A stretch of DNA of 58,137 nt, filler included, from Mustelus asterias (lineage: Eukaryota): assembly GCF_964213995.1 (NCBI RefSeq). It is 3 parts of 3 records of this genome, joined end to end, with 100 filler letters (N's around TTAATTAATTAA, not from the genome) between each part and the next. Parts side by side here need not be neighbours in the genome. Positions count along the whole stretch, not along the records: positions 1 to 16,807 come from NW_027590224.1; positions 16,908 to 43,795 come from NW_027590881.1; 1 more part is not named here. One strand, given 5' to 3'. Below the pieces are notes generated by a model. It was not told where the DNA came from. It saw only the letters and a program-made list of their open reading frames with translations, and did not search any database. Positions 13,001-24,315 of the stretch are shown here, piece after piece; positions within the stretch are counted from its first letter, which is position 1, and each line of letters begins with the position of its first letter. The translations under genes and the position numbers were made by a program.

Positions 13001-13152
13001 TCAGCCCCACTACTCAGGATCCCTCCCCCCCCCCGAATCAGTTTAAACCTCCCTGCATGGCCTTAGCAAATTTACCCCCCAGGATATTGGTCCCCTTCTG
13101 ATTAAGGTGTAGACCATCCTTCTCATAGAGGTCACACCTTCCCCAGTACGAG
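10067..13152 (-). mobile_element. CR1 LINE: end of ORF1 plus near-intact ORF2 (APE endonuclease + RT) with a single in-frame TGA at 12706-12708
   Basis: ORFs 12706-12987 ([16 protein letters not shown]) and 10168-12627 ([21 protein letters not shown]) are in the same frame. (TATGTTC)n tail at 10067-10093. Confidence 0.96.
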
Positions 13153-13574
13153 CCGATTAAGACCTACTTTGTTGAATCAGTATCAATCTGTCTGTTCCAG
13201 ACAGTCCACATGCTGGGAATGTAGAAGGATAATTGATCCTAGATATTTGGGGATATGTTTTAGCTGAGCTGATACAATTCGGTTGATTTTTTGGGTTGTC
13301 CCCAGGGGTTTTAGAGTAGGGTTTGATTAGGTTGATTGACAGGCTGAGTCATGAGTTAATGGGAGGAGCTACACTTACACTTGGGTCTGCAAGGAGACTC
13401 TCCCTCTCTGGTGACTATAGTTTGAGACCTGCTAGAAAATAGGTATCTCTCCCCAGAGGTGTTCTGGAGGCTTGAAGTCTGGCAGCCCATGCACCAGAAC
13501 ATAGGCCTATTGTTTGCGAACTGATTTTGAAGAGGGGTTTGTGCCTCTGAGGAATATTGCTTAAATTTCAAAAG

Positions 13575-14152
13575 TTCATAAGATATAGGAGTAGACTTAA
13601 GCCATTCGGCCCATTGCATCTGCTCTGCCATTCGATCATGGCTGCTATGCTCCTCGTCCCCATTTTCCTGCCTTCTCCCCATAACCCTTCAACCCATTAC
13701 CAATTAAAAATCTGTCTAACTCCTCCTCAAATTTTGCTCACTGTCCCAGATCTACTGCACGTTGGGGTGGTAAGTTCCACAGATTCACAACCCTTTGGGA
13801 GAAATAGTTTCTCCTCAACTCTGTTTTAAATTTGCTGCCCCTTATCCTAAGACGATGACCTCTTGTCCTAGAATGCCCCACAAGAGGAAGCATCTGCTCG
13901 ACGTCTACTTTATCCATACCTTTTATCATCTTGTAAACCTCAATTTGATCTCCCCTCATTCTTCTAAATTCCAGAGAGTACAGGCCTAAACTGTTCAATC
14001 TCACTTCATACGACAAATCCCTCATCTCTGGAATCAATCTGGTGAAGCTCCTCTGAACTGCTTCCAATGCCACGTCTTTCCTCAAATAAGGGGACCACAA
14101 CTGTGCACAGTACTCCAGGTGCAGTCTCACCAAGGCCTTGTATAGTTGCAAC
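13575..14152 (-). mobile_element. CR1 LINE 3' fragment
   Basis: LYKALVRLHLEYCAQLWSP..RRNYFSQRVVNLWN plus 3'UTR. Confidence 0.9.
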
Positions 14153-14238
14153 AGTACTTAAAAATATGAACTAATAAAGCTAAGTTAGCAGTTAAGAATT
14201 GTATCTTGTCATGATTAAGTATTTTCATTTGGTAATAT

Positions 14239-14580
14239 GGGCGGCACAGTAGCACAGTGGTTAGCACTGCTGCTTCACAGCTCCAGGGACCTGGGTTCGA
14301 TTCCCGGCTTGGGTCACTGTCTGTGTGGAGTTTGCACATTCTCCTCATGTCTGCGTGGGTTTCCTCCCAGTGCTCCGGTTTCCTTCCACAGTCCAAAGAT
14401 GTGCGAGTTAGGTTGATTGGCCATGCTAAAATTGTCCCTTCGTGTCTTGAGATGCGTAGGTTAGAGGGATCAGCGGGTAAATATGTAGGGATATGGGGCT
14501 AAGGCCTGGGTGGGATTGTGGTCGGTGCAGACTCGATGGGCCAAATGGCCTCTTTCTGCACTGTAGGGTTTCTATGTTTC
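14239..14580 (+). mobile_element. Shark tRNA-derived SINE (HE1-like)
   Basis: Near-identical to 3745-4092. Confidence 0.9.
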
Positions 14581-15638
14581 CAATAGTGAAGCTAATTCTT
14601 TTTGTTATATTTAAAATGTATTGTTAAAATAAAATTTGTTTCAATAAAAGCTTCCTCGTGTCTCAGTTGAATCACACCTGAAGTGAAACACTGGATTCTG
14701 ATAGGCTGCCGAGTCAGCTGTGTAACCTATTGGTCACTTGCTGTGTGAGATGGTAACTTCCAAAATATCCCATTGATGAGTGGGAACCTCAGGTAGTTTC
14801 CGATAAATTTATTAACTTGTTCTCAGTGTGGGTGATGCTGCCGGAGCTCCATTCGCTGTCAACCTTTACGTACCCTCTATTAGACACTGGAGGATGAGGT
14901 GGAAAGTGTACAAAGTTATCATTTTAAAAGTTGAGAACATATTTCTGCTCCTTTCTTTAATAAAAGGATAATTATAATAGCTGAATAATAATATGGTCGG
15001 ATTGTTAATCAGCAACATAAAGCCCAAGAGTAAAAACTGAACTATTACGGTCTTCTGTCTGCTAGTGTTTGTTTTTGGGGTGGGGAAAGTCTGTGCCACC
15101 TGAGTTTACACTGAAATTTACTAAAAAAAAGTAACTTGAAAATATTGTGTTCAGACAAATGACATGGTTTAAATTGAATCAGACCAAAATATTCAAACTC
15201 ACTACAGTATTTTTGAGAAATATATTCCTGCCAAAGACTGCCATTACTTTATGTACAACAAATGAAATAATCTACTAGTGATTCTCTAAATCATATTTTG
15301 TGTTGTATAAAGTTTGTATTAAGGTTATCTGCTTTTCATGATCTTTCCTTTCATTAGTAAAAGGGTTAATAATCACTCAAGTTTAAAAATCACATAAGCT
15401 GCTATAAGAGAAACAGAAATCTTTATAGAAGCCAACACAGATAAACGTGAAGGACTTGAGTCTGAGAGAATTCATTAAATCAGACATCTGGACATGGGAG
15501 GAGGGAGTGATATCCATAAACACAGACACAAACTCGGACATCAATGATAACTTGGCATCAATGATGAGTTCGGTCAGCTAACGTGATTTAAGTCTTCACA
15601 CTGATTGGATATTATAATTAAGCAGGAATGCAATGATT

Positions 15639-16807
15639 GGGCCTGATTTTACCAAACGGGCGCAAAATCACGGTAAAGTTGGGCGTCGGGCCTTTAACGC
15701 GATCTGCACCTGAATACGAGCAGATCGCACCTTTACCGACACCCGATTCGGGCATGGGTCCGGCCCACGCCCAAATCGGGCGGCCCGACGATTTAAATGT
15801 ATTTGCGTGTATTTAAATCGACTTAATGAACCACGCGCCCAACTCTACCGCCAAATCCCACTTTACCGTCTTCTGGCCCGATCCGTGTCCGCGCTGCAAC
15901 CGACCTGCAAAATAAAAGTCTGAAGTCGCCGCTGCAGCTTCCGAAGAGCGGGGTCAGAGACTGCAACGGCTCTCTGACCCAGGTCATCCTCTGGTCGTGG
16001 GGGGCGGGGGGGGTGGGAGGAGGAGAGGGGGGTGGGAGGAGGAGAGGGGGTGTGACATCTCATCCCCTGGAAGGGGGGGGGGGGGGGGGAGGAGAGGGTG
16101 TGACGTCTCATCCCCTGGTCGGAGTGGGCGGGGGAAGGAGAGGGGGTGTGACGTATCACCCCCTGGGGGGGGGGGGGGGGGGGAGAGAGGGGGTGTGATG
16201 GACCATCCCCTGGGGGGGGGAGGAGAGGGGGTGTGATGGACCATCCCCTGGGGGGGAGGAGAGGGGGTGTGACATATCACCCCCTGGGGGTGGGGGGGAG
16301 AGGGGGTGTGACGTATCACCCCCTGGGGGTGGGGGGGAGAGGGGGTGTGACGTATCACCCCCTGGGGGTAGGGAGGGGGTGGGGGGGAGAGGGGGTGTGA
16401 TGTATCATCCTCTGGTGGGGGGCGGGCGGTGGGGGTTGGCTGCCAGTCTGTGGCCGATGCCTCCTGGCACCATCACTGGTACACTACCAGCCACAGATTA
16501 CTCTTCCCTGCAGGGGCAAGAGAGCGGGAGAGATGGCTGTGGCTGGTAGTGTACCAGTGATGGTGTCTCACTTTACACTGTGGAATCGGCCGGTTCTGCT
16601 TCATCTTCTTCACGAGGAATTGCTTCATCCTGAAGGTTTCGTGGGATCGCATGGCCGCACGTCCACTCCGGCAGGAGGGATCGGCCACAGACTGGCAGCC
16701 GACACCCCCCTCCCGACCAGAGGATGAGACATCACACCCCCTCTCCCCCTCCCCTCCCCTCCCCCCAGGGAATGATCGGTCACACCCCCTCCCCTCCCAC
16801 TTCCCCC
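15639..16807. mobile_element. Foldback / non-autonomous DNA transposon-like element with internal GC-rich minisatellite arms (right arm runs into a gap)
   Basis: Abrupt switch to GC/CpG-rich sequence at GGGCCTGATTTTACC. The G-rich unit GGAGAGGGGGTGTGACGTATCACCCCCT (15990-16420) reappears inverted at 16705-16807. Perfect 21-bp inverted pair 16438-16458/16680-16700. Superfamily not determined. Confidence 0.6.
16576..16652 (-). pseudogene. RPL39: 60S ribosomal protein L39 processed fragment
   Basis: [25 protein letters not shown] versus eL39 [26 protein letters not shown]. Truncated or rearranged after PQ. Confidence 0.85.
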
Positions 16808-16907
16808 NNNNNNNNNNNNNNNNNNNNNNNNNNNNNNNNNNNNNNNNNNNNTTAATTAATTAANNNNNNNNNNNNNNNNNNNNNNNNNNNNNNNNNNNNN
16901 NNNNNNN
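16808..16907. other. Assembly gap (100-nt N spacer with TTAATTAATTAA linker)
   Basis: N-run with a central synthetic linker; the same structure occurs at 43796-43895. Confidence 0.95.
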
Positions 16908-17169
16908 GACCGTCTCCAATGGAAGGGTAGCCTTTTGTAAAAAAAAAAAGCATTGTGGATATCAGAACTGCACCGAATATTTCACACTTGCTCCCAACAA
17001 AATCCTGCACAAATGTAAATTGGTGTTTTTATTCTTATTCAGCAATCTGCTGGCAATAAAGACCAAAATGTCATTTCCCTTCCTATTGTTTGCTGCACCA
17101 CCATGCTATCTTCCTGCGTTCCTTATACAAACACACCCAAATCTCCTTCAACATAAACGCTTATATTAG

Positions 17170-17510
17170 GAAAGACGATGGCCTAGTGGTATTATAGCGA
17201 GACTATTAATCCAGAAACTCATCCAATGTTATGGGGTCCCGGGTTTGAATCCTGCCAAGGCACGTTGTGGAATTTGTATTCAATAAAAAACTATCTGGAA
17301 TTAAGAATCTACTGATGACCATGAAAACCATTGTCGATTGTCGGAAAAAAACCATGGAGTTCGGTAATGTGCTTTAGGGAAGGAAATCTGCCGTCCCTTA
17401 TCCGGCCTGGCCTACATTGATTCCAGAGCTGCAGCAAAGTGTTTGACCCTAACTGTCCCAGGGCAACCAGGATGGGCAATAAATGCTGGCCAGCCAGCGA
17501 CGCCCATTTC
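17170..17510 (+). mobile_element. tRNA-derived SINE with conserved central core (DeuSINE/SacSINE1-like)
   Basis: Head GGCCTAGTGGTATT..GGGTTTGAATCC, core TTTAGGGAAGGAAATCTGCCGTCC and tail GGGCAATAAATGCTGGCC. Related copies at 47990 and 48520(-). Confidence 0.75.
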
Positions 17511-17589
17511 TAATTAATTACAGAAGAACTAGGTCATCTTTCCAAACATTGTCTGCTCTTTCTCAGTTTATGAACAAGAGAATATCTTT

Positions 17590-17885
17590 TTGGGCAACAT
17601 GGTGGCACTGATGCCTCACAGCGCCAGGGGCCCGGTTTCAATTCCCGGCATTGGTTACTGTCTGTGCAGAGTCTGCATGCTTTCCCCGTGTTGCGTGGGT
17701 TTCCTGCGCGTGCTCCTTCTTACTCCCACAGAGTGAAAGATGTGCTGGTTAGGTACATTGGCCATGCTAAATTAGCTGTCAATTTACCCGAGAAGGTGCC
17801 GGTTCTGCCGACGACGTAATTGTCACAGAACTTCATTGCGGTGTTAATGTAAGCTCAATTGTGGCACTAATAAATAAACTTTAAA
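17590..17885 (+). mobile_element. tRNA-derived SINE
   Basis: Diverged SINE head/body with an AATAAATAAACTTT tail. Confidence 0.8.
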
Positions 17886-18255
17886 CTGTCCAACCTTACA
17901 CCCGATCTGCTGCCAACACTGAGCTATGGAGCCAATTCCTGCGCCCAGCGCGGAATTGGTGTATCATTATCGGTGGAGCGAAAAGGGGGTTGAATATTCA
18001 GGTGCGTGATATTTGGTGGATGTGGAAATATCCGAGGTGGAGAACAAGGAGTTAATCGAGGAGACTTGAAAGAGGAAGAATTTGACATGAGTGTCAGTGG
18101 CTTTTGTGATAAATGTCTGCCGTCTTATTCTTCTTCAGAGTTTATTGTTATTGTTACATCTCTGATTTTTCCAGCTCTGATAAAATTTATCCAGCTGCGG
18201 ATTAATCTTGTTTCTCCCTCAACAGACACTGTGAGGCGTGTTTTCGTTTAATACT

Positions 18256-18312
18256 TGCCTCGGACTCTAACGCGGAACATGGCGCCGAAACCTGACCACG
18301 GCACGCCAGGAA
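18256..18312 (-). pseudogene. tRNA-Glu-like remnant
   Basis: TTCCTGGCGTGCCGTGGTCAGGTTTCGGCGC resembles the tRNA-Glu 5' half TCCCTGGTGGTCTAGTGGTTAGGATTCGGCGC. Paralogous to the remnant at 35750. Confidence 0.4.
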
Positions 18313-18821
18313 AGCTAATATCAGAGATTTGAAATTCGTTAATAACCATCTCTGTCTCCACCGCTTCATTTCAGGTCACTTTCGCTACTGACATTGTCAC
18401 ACAGTCATTCCAACATTTTATAACCAACTGAAACAAATTATGTCTTCTTCCTTCATGTTCAAATACTTTCGACTCGAGAAACTCGGTACGTGCTGAGCAA
18501 AGTGCCGTTTAGTTAACAGTTTATCATCAATTCCGGGCTATAGCGGTGGAAACATTGACTATGAACCACTAGGCCACACAGGCTCCACTATCACTGGCTC
18601 AGTGTTTCCTTGTCCACCATTCCTGGTGTCATGTAATCCATCCTCCCTTGTGCTCGATCACAGAAATTCTTTTTTTTTAATTTCACTGAGTGATTCCTGA
18701 CTTTTCAATCAGAAAATACTCGGAATACTCAGCAGGTCAGTTCATGTTTAGTGACAAACACGCAAATAATTCCACTAATCGAATCCCTCTGAAATTAAAA
18801 CCGTTTGGATTTTTTTCTGTG

Positions 18822-19010
18822 AAGGCAAAATACTGCAGATGCTGGAACCGGAAACAAAAATAGAAAAATGCTGGAAAATCTCAGCAGGTCTGACAGCATC
18901 TTGGAGAGAGAGAATAGAGCCAACGTTTCGAGTCTGGAGCTCTGACGAAGGGTCATCCAGGCTTGAAACGTTGGCTCTATTCTCTCTCCACAGATGCGGT
19001 CAGGTCTGTT
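18822..19010. repeat. Penelope-like inverted-repeat element with a minimal type I hammerhead ribozyme motif (18936-18978, +)
   Basis: Hairpin arms GAGAGAATAGAGCCAACGTTTC / GAAACGTTGGCTCTATTCTCTC. Core CTGACGA-A-GGGTC(ATCCA)GGCTT-GAAA-CG-TT, with stem I GGAGCT/GGCTCT. Confidence 0.6.
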
Positions 19011-19044
19011 TCGATCGTCCAACCGTTTCTCTTTATGATGAAAG

Positions 19045-19116
19045 TGTTTCTGCAGGGATAAAACTGGGGACCTTTCGCGTGTGAGGCGAATGTGACAATC
19101 ACAACACCACAGAAAC
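19045..19116 (-). pseudogene. tRNA-Val(CAC) pseudogene
   Basis: GTTTCTGTGGTGTTGTGATTGTCACATTCGCCTCACACGCGAAAGGTCCCCAGTTTTATCCCTGCAGAAACA: the anticodon arm is intact but the A and B boxes are mutated. Confidence 0.8.
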
Positions 19117-19242
19117 ATTGCGAAGCAATGATTCAAGGAAACTGGTTCCAAAACCCGTCAATTGCCAACAATAATTTACATTTGAGTTGCATGGAATTCG
19201 TGAGACAACAAAGGTATTTCGTAAATTTAATTAACTGGACAT

Positions 19243-22200
19243 ATAAGAACATAAGAACATAAGAAATAGGAGCAGGAGTAGGCCATCTAGCCCCTCGAGC
19301 CTGCCCCGCCATTCAATAAGATCATGGCTGATCTGACGTGGATCAGTACCACTTACCCGCCTGATCCCCATAACCCTTAATTCCCTTACCGATCAGGAAT
19401 CCATCCATCCGCGCTTTAAACATATTCAGCGAGGTAGCCTCCACCACCTCAGTGGGCAGAGAATTCCAGAGATTCACCACCCTCTGGGAGAAGAAGTTCC
19501 TCCTCAACTCTGTCTTAAACCGACCCCCCTTTATTTTGAGGCTGTGTCCTCTAGTTTTAACTTCCTTACTAAGTGGAAAGAATCTCTCCGCCTCCACCCT
19601 ATCCAGCCCCCGCATTATCTTATAAGTCTCCATAAGATCCCCCCTCATCCTTCTAAACTCCAACGAGTACAAACCCAATCTCCTCAGCCTCTCCTCATAA
19701 TCCAAACCCCTCATCTCCGGTATCAACCTGGTGAACCTTCTCTGCACTCCCTCCAATGCCAATATATCCTTCCTCATATAAGGGGACCAATACTGCACAC
19801 AGTATTCCAGCTGCGGCCTCACCAATGCCCTGTACAGATGCATCAAGACATCCCTGCTTTTATATTCTATCCCCCTTGCAATATAGGCCAACATCCCATT
19901 TGCCTTCTTGATCACCTGTTGTACCTGCAGACTGGGCTTTTGCGTCTCATGCACAAGGACCCCCAGGTCCCTTTGCACGGTAGCATGTTTTAATTTGTTT
20001 CCATTGAGATAGTAATCCCATTTGTTATTATTTCCTCCAAAGTGTATAACCTCGCATTTATCAACGTTATACTCCATTTGCCATATCCTCGCCCACTCAC
20101 TCAGCCTGTCCAAATCTCTGCAGATCTTCTCCGTCCTCCACACGATTGACTTTTCCACTTATCTTTGTGTCGTCTGCAAACTTCGTTACCCTACACTCCG
20201 TCCCCTCCTCCAGATCATCTATATAAATGGTAAACAGTTGCGGCCCGAGTACCGATCCCTGCGGCACGCCACTAGTTACCTTCCTCCAACCGGAAAAACA
20301 CCCATTTATCCCGACTCTTTGCTTCCTGTCGGATAGCCAGTCCCCAATCCACTTTAACACACTACCCCCAACTCCGTGTGCCCTAATCTTCTTCAGCAGC
20401 CTTTTATGGGGCACCTTATCAAACGCCTTTTGGAAATCCAAAAACACCGCATCCACCGGTTCTCCTCCATCAACCGCCCTAGTCACATCTTCATAAAAAT
20501 CCAACATGTTCGTCAAGCACGACTTTCCCCTCATGAATCCATGCTGCGTCTGATTGATCGAACCATTTCTATCCAGATGCCCTGCTATCTCCTCTTTAAT
20601 AATGGATTCCAGCATTTTCCCTACTACAGACGTTAAGCTGACCGGCCTATAGTTACCCGCCTTTTGTCTCCTTCCTTTTTTAAACAGCGGCGTAACATTA
20701 GCCGTTTTCCAATCAACCGGCACTACCCCAGAATGCAACGAGTTTTGATAAATAATCACTAACGCATCCACTATTACCTCTGACATTTCTTTCAATACCC
20801 TGGGATGCATTCCATCCGGACCCGGGGACTTGTCCACCTTCAGTCCCATTAGTTTACCCAGCACTGCCTCTCTGGTAACATTAATTGTATTAAGTATTTC
20901 TCCTGCTGCCAACCCTCTATCGTTAATATTTGGCAAACTATTTGTGTCCTCCACCGTGAAGACCGACACAAAAAACTTATTTAAAGACTCAGCCATATCC
21001 TCATTTCCCACTATTAACTCCCCCCTCTCGTCCTCCAAGGGTCCAACATTCACTCTAGCCACTCTATTCCTTTTTATATATTTATAAAAACTTTTACTAT
21101 CATTTTTTATATTAATTGCTAGCCTAGCTTCATAGTCTATCCTTCCTTTCTTTATCGCTTTCTTAGTCTCTCTTTGTTGTTTCTTAAATTTTTCCCAATC
21201 ACTTGTTTCTCCACTGTTTTTGGCCACTCTGTACGCAGCTGTTTTTATTTTAATACTCTCCTTTATTTCCTTCGTTATCCACGGCTGGTTCTCCCTTTTC
21301 TTACAATCCTTGTTTTTTGCTGGAATATATTTTTGCTGAGAACTGAAAAGGATCTCCTTAAAAATCCTCCACTGTTCCTCAGCTATCCTACCTGCCAGCC
21401 TGCTCTCCCAGTCTACCTTAGCCAATTCATCCCTCATCCTATCATATTTCCCTCTGTTCAAACAGAGGACACTGGTTTGGGACCAAACTTTCTCCTCTTC
21501 CATCTGAATCAGAAATTCGACCATATTGTGGTCACTAGACCCAAGAGGGTCCTTCACAATAAGATCCTTAATTCTACCTCCCTCGTTACACAATACCAGA
21601 TCCAAAATAGCTCGTTCCCTCGTCGGTTCCGTAACATGCTGTTCAAGGAAACTATCCCGACAGCATTCTAAGAACTCTTCCTCCATTCCACCCTTACCGA
21701 CTTGAGTCTGCCAGTCAATGTGCATGTTGAAGTCCCCCATGATTATTGCCGTTCCGTTTTTACACGCATCCCTTATCTGCTTGTTTATAGCCCTCCCTAC
21801 CTCAACATTATTATTTGGGGGCCTATATACCACACCTACTAGTGTCTTTCTCCCTCTACTATTCCTCATCTCTACCCATAATGATTCCACGTTTTGTTCC
21901 TCAGAGCCTATGTCATCCCTCAGTACTACCCTGATATTATCTCTTATTAATAGCGCGACCCCACCACCTTTTCCTTCCTGTCTATTCTTCCTAAACGCCT
22001 GATACCCCTGGATATTCATCTCCCAGTCCTGGTCACCTTTCAGCCACGTTTCTGTAATGGCCACTAGATCGTACCCACTTGTGCTGATTTGCACCATCAA
22101 CTCATTTACCTTGTTCCGAATGCTTCGTGCATTCAGGCAAAGTGTCCTTATTCCAGCTTTTATCTGGACCCGCTTTGATGAGTCGCGAACACCCTCTCCC

Positions 22201-22734
22201 TCTACTCCCTTATCTAAATTACCGCCTTCATTCACTTGCACCCTCTCCTCTACCATTAATTTTGTAATTCCCCTTACCCCTGCATCCTCCCCCCCATCAA
22301 TTAGTTCCTTGATCCTAGTCAACTCTTCTAGCTCCCCTCCCTCCAACCTATCTAGTTTAAATTCTCCCCAGTAGCCTTAGCCAACCTACCGGCCAGGATA
22401 TTGGTCCCCGTGTGATTCAAGTTCCACCCGTTTTTTGTATACAGATCACCCCTGCCCCTAAAGAGGTCCCAATGGTCCAGGAACCTGAATCCCTGCGCCC
22501 TGCACCAGTCCCTCAGCCACACATTCATCCTCCACCTCACTCCATTCCTGCCCTCACCTTCCCGTGGCACAGGCAGTAATCCTGAGATTACTACCTTTGC
22601 TTTCCTCTTTCTCAGCTGTCTCCCTAATTCCCTGTACTCCCTTTTCATGACCCCTTCTCCCTTCCTACCCACATCAGCGGTACCAATATGTACCGCTACC
22701 TCAGGCTCCTCTCCCTCCCACCTCCCTCCCACCT
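19243..22734 (-). mobile_element. CR1 LINE: C-terminal part of SGNH-esterase ORF1 (22352-22734) plus ORF2 (APE+RT) with one frameshift near 20120
   Basis: ORF1 VAVHIGTADVG..FLDHWDLF. ORF2 runs 20097-22346 and continues in 19343-20158; a 2-nt AG loss is visible relative to the copy at 8520. (TTCTTATG)n tail. Confidence 0.96.
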
Positions 22735-22857
22735 CGCCCATTTCTAATTAATTACAGAAGAACTAGGTCATCTTTCCAAACATTGTCTGCTCTTTCTCAG
22801 TTTATGAACAAGAGAATATCTTTTTGGGCAACATGGTGGCACTGATGCCTCACAGCG

Positions 22858-23256
22858 CCAGGGGCCCGGTTTGAATTTGATGATACATTGATAGCACTGG
22901 AGGCAGTGGTGACAGTCATCGTGCTGTGGTGTGGGACTAATATTATGTAAGGGTGAATGTTGAAAAAAGTACTATATGTAACTAAGTATGCACTAAAATA
23001 AGTATGTATACATGTTATAGCATGACAATAAACTCTTTGTTTCATTTATTTTGTATTTATTTGCATGTAGCACAAGTCCGGGGGTGAAGCTCCTCTATTT
23101 ATAGGTATTTGTTAGATTAATTCACCCACGGGGTCTAGTTATGAAAATTTGTTCACCCTTAAAAGGGTTAAACCAATTTTTTTTTGTTTTCGGGCCCCCC
23201 TCCCTTCCGGGCCCCTGGGTTTAAGCCTACTCAGCCTAATGGTTAATCCGCTACTG
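22858..23256. mobile_element. Putative hAT-like MITE (right terminus intact, left terminus disrupted)
   Basis: The minus-strand end CAGTAGCGGATTAACCATTAGGCT..CCCAGGGGCCCGG resembles hAT-type termini. 12-bp inverted match 22858-22869/23207-23218 around an AT-rich interior. Confidence 0.4.
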
Positions 23257-24225
23257 GGAGTGAACACATTTTTAAAACCGTCACACAGTCTGTTTACTTA
23301 CTTTATAAATCTACATGATAAATGTACAGAAGATGGTAAAGGCTTAAAGTTGCGAGATGAAATTGACCCTTTCTGTTATTTGTGAGTGGAGACAGCTTAT
23401 TGTCTGAGCTTCCGTACGTTCCAATGTGGAAGATGATCAAGTATTTTCTTTGATCAACATTTAACGAGACAGCGGATTCACTCAATGGTGGGTTCCAGTT
23501 CTATATCTGCGATCACAACATCAATTCAGGTCACTTCTTGTGAACCCAATATTTCTAATAGGTTGGACATTTAATCTAATTTACTTCATTTTACATTTCA
23601 TTATTTTCATGTCAGATCTATTTCCACCAGAGGCAAGTCTCTCTTTCAAAATGTTCTGTTCAGGTAGAACATAAGTGATTTCTTCATCCAATGGCAACAA
23701 CGATTACTGTTCGCTGCAGTATGAAAGCGGCAATGAGGTGAAACAGTCACACAAGCTGCTCATGTGTTACTCTCAATTACCAAAATTTATCAAACTCATC
23801 ACTGCGGCTCCTGTGTCATCACTATACAGTACACCCACCTGTTCCCTATTATCCACAGCTCACGTGACTGCTTCAAAGATCTTGTGAATGGTCTCATTCT
23901 GTGGTATAAATATTATGTGATATTCTGCTTTCCTCACGCTCAGGCCGTGGACCGCAAAGTGCAGGCTCATTTATCTCTCCTGAATTGTACGCGATCACAG
24001 CCCTTTCCTGTTGTCATGTTTCCCAGCTCCTGGATTTCACCTATTTAAAACTTCCGACATTTCCAAACATTATCCGTTTAAATGAAAGGTTATGGAGGTG
24101 TAAAAAGAGAATCCTTTCCCTGTGCGCACATGCTGCCTGGCTTCCTGAGTGTTTCCAGCGCTTTCAGACTGATCAGATTTAGATGACAATATAAGTATCT
24201 GTATTTGAACAGCTTTCGCATCCGC

Positions 24226-24315
24226 AGCTCGTTGGTCTTGGGGTATGATTCTCGCTTTATTTGTCGCGATTCGCAAGGCTGCGAGAAATCCCGGGTTCCA
24301 ATTCCGGGCGAGCCC
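24226..24315 (+). pseudogene. Degenerate intron-containing tRNA-Pro (anticodon position now reads TAT)
   Basis: Pro body AGCTCGTTGGTCTTGGGGTATGATTCTCGC..TGCGAGAAATCCCGGGTTCCAATTCCGGGCGAGCCC with an 18-nt insert TGTCGCGATTCGCAAGGC homologous to the intron of the copy at 39067. Confidence 0.8.

Noticed and set aside
14866-15099. Hydrophobic 77-aa ORF resembling a TM peptide
   Set aside because: AT-rich sequence with a non-ATG start and no exon context.
16852-16863. TTAATTAATTAA palindrome within N-runs (also near 43840)
   Set aside because: Synthetic scaffolding linker with stops in all frames; not biological.
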